Shown here: in pieces, positions 53,801 to 64,000 of the stretch
How the letters are laid out: each line of letters opens with the position of its first letter
Numbering within the stretch: position 1 is the first letter of the stretch
Assembly (NCBI RefSeq): GCF_006345805.1
Contig: NC_043012.1
Span: forward strand, 11,036,001-11,100,000
From: Octopus sinensis
Lineage: Eukaryota
Reading direction: 5' to 3'
DNA length: 64,000 nt
Notes under the pieces: generated by a model
The model's database searches: none
Seen by the model: only the letters and a program-made list of their open reading frames with translations
Told to the model about the DNA's origin: nothing
Position numbers and translations under genes: made by a program

Positions 53801-56800
53801 AAAAATTTCGCCTCTTGCCCACGCGATGGTCATGCCTCCTCCCCATCCTCTATTGGTCCATATCTTGGTAAGACGATGGGGTTATCCCTACAGATTGTGT
53901 CCGGAGACTAAGACCACTGACTGTCAACTTTGGGGTCCGGAACTCTAGTGGTAAAAATATTTCGCCCGTTCACCACGCGATGGTCTTGCCACACTTCACA
54001 GCAGCCTCTATTTGCTTCACATCATCATAAGACGATGGGGTTATCCCTACAGATTGTGCCGGAGACTAAGACCACTGACTGTCAACTTCGGGGTCCGGAA
54101 CTCTAGTGGGAAAAAATTTCGCCCCTTGCCCGCGCGATGATCTTGCCACTCCTCACCAGCCTCTATTTGCTCCATATCATCGTAAGACGATGGGGTTATT
54201 CCTACAGATTGTGACCGGAGACTAAGACCACTGACTGTCAACATTGGGGTCCGGAACTCTAGTGGGAATAAATTTCGCCCCTTAACCACGCGATGGTCTT
54301 GCCACACCTCACCAGCCTCTATTTGCTCCATATCATAATAAGACGATGGGGTTAGCCCACGGATTGCGCCCGGAGACTAAGACCACTGAATGTCAACTTT
54401 GGGGTCCGGAACTCCAGTGGCAAAAAATTTCGCCACTTGCCCACGCGATGGTCTTGCCACTCCTCACCAGCCTCTATTTGATCCATATCATCGTTAGACG
54501 ATGGGTTATCCCTACAGATTGTGCCCGGAGACTAAAATCGCTGACTGTCAATTTTGGGGTCGGAGCTCTAGTGGGAAAAAAGGTTTGCCCCTTGCCCACG
54601 CGATGGTCTTGCCATTCCTCACTAACCCTCTTTTTGCTCCATATCATTGTAAGACGATGGGTTATCCCTACAGATTGTGCCCGGAGACTAAGACCACTGA
54701 CTGTCAAATTTGGGGTCCGGAACTCTAGTGTGAAAAAAATTCGCCCGTTGCCCACGCGACGGTCATGCCACTCCCACAGCCTCTATTTGCTCCATATCTT
54801 GGTAAGACGAATGGATTATCCCTACAGATTTGTCCGGAGCCTAAGACCACTGACTGTCAACTTTGGGGTCCGTAACTCTAGTGGGAAAAAATGCGCCCTA
54901 GCCCACGCGATGGTCTTGCCACTCCTCACCAGCCTCTATTTGCTCCATATCATCGTAAGACGATGGGGTTATCTTTACAGATTGTGCCCGGAGACTAAAA
55001 CCACTGACTGTCAAATTTGGGGTTCGGAACTCTAGTGGGAAAAAAGTTTCGCCCCTTGCCCACGCGATGGTCTTGCCTCTCCTCACAGCCTCTATTTGCT
55101 CCATATCATCGTAAGACGATTGGGTTATTCCTACAGATTGTGACCGGAGACTAAGACCACTGATTGTCAACATTGGGGTCCGGAACTCTTGTGGGAAAAA
55201 ATTTCGCCCCTTGCCCACGCGATGGTCTTTTCACTCCTCACTAGCCTCTATTTGCTCCATATCATCGGAAGACAATGGGGTTATCCCTATAGATAGGGTC
55301 CGAAGACTAAGACCACTGACTGTCAACTTTGGGGTCCGAAACTCTAATGGGAAAAAATTTTCGCCCCTTGCCCACGCGATGGTCTTGCCACTCCTCACCA
55401 GCCTCTATTTGCTCCATTACATCGTAAGACGATGGGGTTATCCCTACAGATTGTGCCCGGAGACTAAAACCACTGACTGTCAAATTTTGGTGTCCGGAAC
55501 TCTAGTGGGAAAAAATTTCGCCCCTTGCCCACGCGATGGTTTTGCCACTCCTCACTAGCCTCTATTTGCTCCATATCATCATAAGACGATGAGGTTAGCC
55601 CTACAGATTCTGCCCGGAGACGAAGACCACTGACTGTCAATTTGGGGTCCGGAACTCTAGTGGGAAATAAATTTCGCCCTTACCACGCGATGGTCTTGCC
55701 ACACCTCACCAGCCTCTATTGCTCCGTATCATCATAAGACGATGGGGTTAGCCCACAGATTGTGCCCGGATCTAAGACCACTGACTGTCATCTTTGGGGT
55801 CCGGAACTCTAGTGGGAAAACAATTTTCGCCATTTGCACACGCGATGGTCTTGCCACTCGTCACTAGCCTCTATTTGCTCCATATCATCGTAAGACGATG
55901 GGGTTATCCCTACAGATTGTGCCCGGAGCCTAAGACCATTGACTGTCAACTTTGGGCTCCGGAACTCTAGTGCGAAAAAATTTCGCCTCTTGCGCACGCG
56001 ATGGTCATGCAACTCCTCACCAGCCTCTATTTGCTCCATATCTTCGTAAGACGATGGAGTTATCCCTACAGATTGTGTCCGGAGACTAAGACCACTGAAT
56101 GTCAAATTGGGGTCCGGAACTCTAGTGGGAAAAAATTTCGCCCCTTGCCCACGCGATGGTCTTGCCACACCTCACCAGCCTCTATTTGCTCCATATCATC
56201 ATAAGACGATGGAGTTATCCCTACAGATTGTGTCCGGAGACTAAGACCACTGACTGTCAAATTTGGGGTCCAGAACTCTAGTGGGAAAAAAATTTCGCCT
56301 CTTGCCCACGCGATGGTCATGCCACTCCTCCCCATCCTCTATTTGGTCCATATCTTGGTAAGACGATGGGGTTATCCCTACAGATTGTGTCCGGAGACTA
56401 AGACCACTGACTGTCAACTTTGGGGTCCGGAACTCTAGTGGTAAAAATATTTCGCCCCGTTTCACCACGCGATGGTCTTGCCACACTTCAGCAGCCTCTA
56501 TTTGCTTCACATCATCATAAGACGATGGGGTTATCCCTACAGATTGTGCCCGGAGACTAAGACCACTGACTGTCATCTTCGGGTCCGGAACTCTAGTGGG
56601 AAAAAAATTTCGCCCCTTGCCCGCGCGATGATATTGCCACTCCTCACCAGCCTCTATTTGCTCCATATATCATCGTAAGACGATGGGGTTATTCCTACAG
56701 ATTGTGACCGGAGACTAAGACCACTGACTGTCAACATTGGGGTCCGGAACTCTAGTGGGAAATAAATTTCGCCCCTTAACCACGCGATGGTCTTGCCACA

Positions 56801-59800
56801 CCTCACCAGCCTCTATTTGCTCCATATCATCATAAGACGATGGGGTTAGCCCAACAGATTGTGCCCGGAGTCTAAGACCACTGACTGTCATCTTTGGGGT
56901 CCGGAACTCTAGTGGGAAACAAATTTCGCCATTTGCACACGCGATGGTCATGCCACTCCTCACTAGCCTCTATTTGCTCCATATCATTGTAAGACGATGG
57001 AGTTATCCCTACAGATTGTGCCCGGAGCCTAAGATCACTGACTGTCAACTTAGGGCTCCGGAACTCTAGTGGGAAAAAAATTTCGCCTCTTGCGCACGCG
57101 ATGGTCATGCCACTCCTCACCAGCCTCTATTTGCTCCATATCTTCGTAAGACGATGGAGTTATCCCTACAGATTGTGTCCGGAGACTAAGTCCACTGAAT
57201 GTCAAATTTGGGGTCCGGAACTCTAGTGGAAAAAATTTCGCCCCTTGCCCGTTCGATGATCTTGCCACTCCTCACCACCTCTATTTGCTCCATATCATCG
57301 TAAGACGATGGGGTTATTCCTACAGATTGTGACCGGAGACTAAGACCACTGACTGTCAACTTGGGGTCCGGAACTCTACTGGGAAAAAAATTTCGCTCCT
57401 TGCCCACGCGATGGTCATGCCATTCCTCACCAGTCTCTGTTTGCTCCATATCTTCGTAGGCGATTGGGTTATCCTATAGATTGTGTCCGGAGACTAAGAC
57501 CACTGACTGTTAACTTTGTGGTCCGGAACTCTAGTGGGAAAAATATGTCGCCCCTTGCCCACGCGATGGTCTTGCCACTCACTCATCCCAGCCTCATTTG
57601 CTCCATATCATCGTAAGACGATGGGGTTATCCCTACTGATTGTGCCCGGAGACTAAAACCACTGACTGTCAAATTTGGGGTTTCGGAACTCTAGTGGGAA
57701 AAAAATTCGTCCCCTTCCCACGCGATGTTCTTCCCACTCCTCACTAGCCTCTATTTGCTCCATATCATCGTTAAAAGATGGGGTTATTCCTACAGATTGT
57801 AACGGTGAATAAAACCACTGACTGTCAAATTGGGGTCCGGAACTCTAGTGCGAAAAAATTTCGCACCTTGCCCACGCGATGGTCTTGCCACATTTCTCTA
57901 GCGTCTATTTTCCATATCATCGTAAGAAGATGGGGTCATCCCTACATATTGTGTCCAGAGTCTAAGACCACTGGCAGTCAACTTTGGGGTCCGGAACTCT
58001 AGTGGGAAAAATTACGCCCTTTGCCCACGCGTTGGTCTTGACACACCACACAAGCCTCTATTTGCTCCATTTCATCGTAAGACGATGGGGTTATCCCTAC
58101 AGATTGTAACCGGAGAATAAGACCACTGACTGTCAACTTTGGGGTCCGGAACTCAAGTGGGAAAAAATGTCGACCCTTGCATACGCAATGGTCTTGCCAC
58201 TCCTCACTAGCCTCTATCTGCTCCATATTATCGTAAGACGATGGGGTTATCTCTACAGAGTGTGCCCGGAGTCTAAGACCACTGACTGTCAAATTTTGGG
58301 GTCCAGAAATCTAGTGGGAAAAAAGTTTCGCCCCTTGCCCACGCGATGGTCTTGCCACTCCTCACTAGCCTCTATTTGCTCCATATCATCGTAGAAGATG
58401 ATGGGGTTATCCCTACAGATTGTGCCTGGAGACTAAGACCACTGACTGTCAACTTTGGGGTCCTGAATTCTAGCGCGAAAAATTTTCGCCCGTTGCCCAC
58501 GCGATGGTCATGCCACATCTCTCCAGCCTCTATTTGCTCCATATCATCATAAGACGATGGGTTAGCCCTACAGATTGTGCCCGGAGACTAGACCACTGAC
58601 AGTCAACATGGGGGTCCGGAACTCTAGTGGCAAAAAATTTCGCTCCTTGCCCACGCGATGGTCATGCCATTCCTCACCAGTCTCTATTTGCTCCATATCT
58701 TCGTAAGGCGATGGGGTTATCCCTATAGATTGTGTCCGGAGACTAAGACCACTGACTGTTAACTTGGGGTCCGGAACTCTAGTGGCAAAAAAATATCGCC
58801 CCTTGCCCGCGATGGTCTTGCCACTAACTCATCAACAGCCTCATTTGCTCCATATCATTGTAAGACGATGGGGTTATCCCTAATGATTGTGCCCGGAGAC
58901 TAAAACCACTGACTGTCAAATTTCGGGGTCCGGAACTCTACTGGGAAAAAATTTCGTCCCTTGCCCACGCGATGGTCTTCCCACTCCTCACTAGCCTCAA
59001 TTTGAGCCATATCATCGTGAAACGATGGTGTTATTCCTACAGATTGTAACCGGAGAATAAGACCACTGACTGTCAACTTTGGGGTCCGGAACTCTAGTGC
59101 GAAAAAATTTCGCCCCTTGCCCACGCGATGGTCTTGCCACTCCTCACTAGCGTCTATTTGCTCAATATCATCGTAAGACGATGGGGTTATCCCTACATAT
59201 TGTGTCCGGAGACTAAGACCACTGACTGTCAACTTTGGGGTCCGGAACAATAGTGGGAAAAAGTTTCGCCCCTTGCCCACGCGATGGTCTTGCCACACTC
59301 ACCAGCCTCTATTTGCTACACATCATCATAAGACGATGGGTTAGCCCTACAGATCGTGCCCGGAGACTAAGAACACTGACTGTCAACTTCGGGGTCCGGA
59401 ATTCTAGTGGGAAAAAATTTCACATCTGCCCGCGCGATGGTCTTGCCACTCCTCACCAGCCTCTATTTGCTCTATATCATCGTAAGACGATGGGGTTATT
59501 CCTACAGATTGTGACCGGAGACTAAGACCACTGACTCTCAACTTTGGGGTCCGGAACTCTAGTGGGAAAAAATTTCGCCCCCTGCCACACGCGATGGTCT
59601 TGCCACTCCTCACTAGCCTGTATTTGCTCCATATCATCGTAAGACGATGGGGTTATCCCTACAGATTGGGTCCGGAGTCTAAGACCACTGACTGTCAACT
59701 TTGGTGTCCGGAACTCTAGTGCGAAAAAAATTTCGCTCCTTGCCCACGCGATGGTCATGCCATTCCTCACCAGCCTCTATTTGCCCCATATCTTCGTAAG

Positions 59801-62800
59801 ACGATGGGGTTATCCCTATAGATTGTGTCCGGAGACTAAGACCACTGACTGTCAACTTTGGGGTCGGGAATTTTAGTGCGAAAAAATTTCGCCCCATTCC
59901 CGCGCGATGGTCTTGCCACTCCTCACCAGCCTCTATTTGCTCCATATCATCGTAAGACGATGTGGGTATTCATACAGATTGTGACCGGAGAATAAGACCA
60001 CTGACTGTCAACTTTGGGTCCGAAACTCTAGTCGGAAAAAAATTTCGCCCATTGCCCACGTGATGGTCATGCCACTCCTCACCAGCCTCTATTTGCTCCA
60101 TATCTTGGTTGAGACGGGGGTTATCCCTTCAGATTGTGTCCGGAGACTAAGATCACTGACTGTCAAATTTGTGGTCCGGAACTCTAGTGACAAAAAAATT
60201 TCGCCCCTTAAACACGCGATGATCTTGACACACTTCACCAGCCTCTATTTGCTCCATATCATCATAAGACGATGGGGTTAGCCCTACAGATTGTGCCCGG
60301 AGACTGAGACCACTGTCTCTCAACTTGGGGTCCGGAAGTCTAGTGGGGAAGAAAGATTTCGCTCCTTGCCCACGCGATGGTCTTGCCACTCCTCACTAGC
60401 CACTATTTTCTCCATATCATCGTAAGACGATGGGGTATCCCTACAGATTGTGCCCGGAGACTAAGATCACTGACTGTCAAATTTGGGGTCCGGAACTCTA
60501 GTGGGAAAAAAATGTCGCCCCTTGCCCACGCGATTGTCATGCCATTCCTCACCAGCCTCTTTTTGATCCATATCTTCGAAAGACGATGGGGTTATCCCTA
60601 CAGATTGGGTCCGGAGACTAAGACCACTGACTGTCAACTTTGGGGTCCGGAACTCTAGTGGCAAAAAAAATTTCGCACCTTGCCCATGCGATGGTCTTGC
60701 CACTCACTCATCACCAGCCACCATTTGCTCCATATCATCGTAAGACGATTGGGTTAACCCTACAGATTGTGCCCGGAGACTAAAACCACTGACTGTAAAA
60801 TTTCGGGGTCGGTAACTCTAGACGAAAAAAATTTCGTCCCTTGCCCACGCGATGGTCTTCCCACTCCTCACTAGCCTCAATTTGCTCCATATCATCGTAA
60901 AACGATGGGGTTATTCCTACAGATTGTAACCGGAGAATAAGACCACTGACTGTCAACTTTGGGATCCGGAACTCTAGTGGGAAAAAAGTTTTGCCCCTTG
61001 CCCACGCGATGGTCTTGCCAGTCACTCATCACCAGCCTCCATTTGCTCCATATCATTGTAAGACGATGGGGTTATTCCTACAGATTGTGCACGGAGACTA
61101 AAACCACTGACTGTCAAATTTCGGGGTCGGGAACTCTAGACGGAAAAAAATTTCGTCCCTTGCCCACGCGATGGTCTTCCCACTCCTCACTAGCCTCTAT
61201 TTGCTCCATATCATCGTAAAACGATGGGGTTATTCCTACAGATTGTAACCGGAGTATAAGACCACTGACTGTCAACTTTTGGGTCCGGAACTCTAGTGCA
61301 AAAAATTTTCGACCCTTGCCCACGCGATGGTCTTGCCACTCCTCACTAGCGTCTATTTGCTCCATATCATCGTAAGACGATGGGGTTAACCCTACATATT
61401 GTGTCCGGAGTCTAAGACCACTGACTGTCAAATTTGGGGTCCGGAACTATAGTGGGAAAAAAGTTTCGCTCCTTGCCCACGCGATGGTCTTGCCACTCCT
61501 CACCAGCCTCTATTTGCTCCATATCATCATAAGACGATGGGGTTAGCCCTACAGATTGTGCCCGGAGACTAAGAACACTGACTGTCAACTTCGGGGTCCG
61601 GATCACTCGTGGGAAAAAATTTCGCTTCTTGCCCGTGCGTTGGTCTTGCCACTCCTCACCAGCCTCTATTTGCTCCATATCATCGTAAGACGATGGGGTT
61701 ATTCCTACAGATTGTGACCGGAGACTAAGACCACAGACTGTCAACTTTGGGGTCCGGAAATCTAGTGGGAAAAAATTTTGCCCCTTGCCCACGCGATGGT
61801 CTTGCCACTCCTCACTAGCCTGTATTTGCTCCATATCATCGTAAGACGATGGGGTTATCCCTACAGATTGTGTCCAGAGACTAAGACCACTGACTGTCAA
61901 CTTTGGGGTCCGGAAGCCTAGTGCGAAAAATATTTCGCTCCTTGCCCACGCGATGGTCATGCCATTCCTCACCAGCCTCTATTTGCCCCATATCTTCGTA
62001 AGACGATGGGGTTATCCCTACATATTGTGTCCGGAGTCTAAGACCACTGACTGTCAAATTTGGGGTCCGGAACTATAGTGGGAAAAAAGTTTTGCCCCTT
62101 GCCCACGCGATGGTCTTGCCACACCTCACCAGCCTCTATTTGCTCCATATCATCATAAGACGATGGGGTTATTCCTACAGATTGTGCCCGGAGACTAAGA
62201 ACACTGTCTGTCAAATTCGGTGTCCGGATCTCTAGTGGGAAAAAAATTTCGCATCTTGCCCGTGCGATGGTCTTGCCACTCCTCACCAGCCTCTATTTGC
62301 TCCATATCATCGAAAGATGATGGGTTTATTCCTACAGACTGTGACCGGAGACTAAGACCACTGACTGTCAAATTTGGGGTCCGGAACTCTGGTGGGAAAA
62401 AATTTCACACCTTGCCCACGCGATGGTCTTGCCACTCCTCACTAGCCAGTATTTGCTCCATATCATCGTAAGACGATGGGGTTATCCCTACAGATTGTGT
62501 CCTGAGACTAAGACCACTGACTGTCAACTTTGGGGTCCGGAATTCTAGTGCAAAAAACATTTCGCTCCTAGCCGACGCGATGGTCATGCCATTCCTCACC
62601 AGCCTCTATTTGCCCCATATCTTCGTAAGACGATGGGGTTATCCCTATAAATTGTGTCCGGAGACTAAGACCACAGACTGTCAACTTTGGGGTCCGGAAC
62701 TCTAGTGGTAAAAAAATTTTGCCCCTTGCCCACGCGATGGTCTTGCCACTCACTCATCAGCAGTCTCCATTTGCTCCATATCATCGTAAGACGATGGGGT

Positions 62801-64000
62801 TATCCCCACAGATTGTGCCCGGAGACTAAAACCACTGACTGTCAAATTTTGGGGTCCGGAATTCTCGTGGGAAAAATTTCACCCCTTGCCCACGCGATGG
62901 TTTTGCCACTTCTCACCAGCTTCTATTTGCTCCATATCTTCGTAAGACTATGGGGTTAGCCCTACAGATTGTGTCCGGAGACTAAGACCACTGACTGTCA
63001 AATTTGGGGTCCGGAACTCTATTGGGAAAAACATTTCACCCCTTGCCCACGCGATGGTCTTGCCATTCCTCACTAGCCTCTATTTGCTCCATATCATCGT
63101 AACACGATGGCGTTATCCCTACAGATTGTGTCCGGAGACTAAGACCACTGACTGTCAAATTTGGGGTCGGGAACTCTAGTGGGAAAAAATTTCGCCCCTT
63201 GCTCACGCGATAGTCTTGCAACACATCACCAGCCTCTATTTGCTCCATATCATCATAAGACGATGGGGTTAGCCCTACAGATTGTGCCCGGAGTCTATGA
63301 ACACAGACTGTCAACTTCGGGTCCGGAACTCTAGTGGGAAAAAATTTCTTATCTTGCCCGCGCGATGGTCTTGCCACTCCTCACCAGCCTCTATTAGCTC
63401 GATATCATCGTAAGCCGATGGGGTTATTCCTACAGACTGTGACCGGAGACTAAGACCACTGACTGTCAACTTTCGGGTCCGGAACTCTCGTGCGAAAAAG
63501 ATTTCGCTCCTTGCCCACGCGATGGTCATGCCATTCCTCACCAGCCTCTATTTGCCCCATATCTTCGTAAGACGATGGGGTTATCCCTATAGATTGTGTC
63601 CGGAGACTAAGACCACTGACTGTCAACTTTGTGGTCCGGAACTCTAGTGCCAAAAAAATGTCGCCCCTTGCCCATGCGATGGTCTTGCCACTCACTCATC
63701 ACCAGCCTCCATTTGCTCCATATCATCGTAAGACGACGGGGTTATCCCTACAGATTGTGCCCGGAGACTAAAACCACTGACTGTCAAATTTCGGGGTCCG
63801 GAACTCTAGTGCGAAAAAAATTTCGTCCCTTGCCCACGCGATGGTCTTCCCACTCCTCACCAGCCTCTATTTGCTCCATATAATCGTAAAACGATGGGGT
63901 TATTCCTACAGATTTTAACCGTAGAATAAGACCACTGACTGTCAACTTTGGGGTCCGGAACTCTATTGGCAAAAAAATTTCGCCCCTTGCCCACGCGATG
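35799..64000. repeat. 157-bp tandem satellite, about 180 monomers, continuing past the window end
   Basis: Period is directly visible (CCGGAACTCT at 36121 and 36278). Consensus approx. CCACTGACTGTCAACTTTGGGGTCCGGAACTCTAGTGGGAAAAAAATTTCGCCCCTTGCCCACGCGATGGTCTTGCCACTCCTCACCAGCCTCTATTTGCTCCATATCATCGTAAGACGATGGGGTTATCCCTACAGATTGTGCCCGGAGACTAAGA. Confidence 0.99.

Noticed and set aside
35819-63972. About 190 short ORFs with repeated peptides (SSYDDMEQIEAGEEWQDHRVGKGRNFF etc.)
   Set aside because: The monomer is 157 bp (not a multiple of 3), so frames shift every unit and hit stops; indels are tolerated freely. These are translations of non-coding satellite.
35799-64000. CRISPR-like array
   Set aside because: There are no unique spacers (the whole unit repeats), no cas genes, and the context is a spliceosomal-intron eukaryote.
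35799-64000. CENP-B box in the monomer
   Set aside because: No TTCGnnnnAnnCGGG on either strand; the closest (TTCGTAAGACGATGG) misses the CGGG.

Overview
Eukaryotic, AT-rich, microsatellite- and SINE-dense animal DNA. It is most likely an octopus; that assignment rests on my recall of the repeat families, not on a search. The left part (1-35.7 kb) carries a complete 9-exon, 258-aa classical short-chain dehydrogenase/reductase (SDR) gene on the minus strand (6586-22631; exons assembled by hand, all introns GT-AG, frame intact). An intronless 287-aa FHA-domain (TCF19-like) ORF lies head-to-head with it on the plus strand (24460-25323). Introns and intergenic DNA contain several tRNA-derived SINE families, RTE-clade LINE fragments, a non-autonomous Helitron and three MITE families. 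The right part (about 35.8-64 kb, running off the window) is one uninterrupted array of about 180 copies of a 157-bp satellite with higher-order structure; the many ORFs listed there are artefacts. Most interesting observations: (1) a tRNA-headed SINE with a Penelope-type minimal hammerhead ribozyme, sense in SDR intron 2; (2) the nucleosome-sized satellite, which starts at an octamer+CCAAT module that also occurs as an inverted copy and partly resembles the local SINE head; (3) two independent insertions of one SINE family at almost the same site of one piggyBac-type MITE family; (4) a captured 60-nt exon-like segment inside a split SINE. Repeat-family labels A-F are my own working names.
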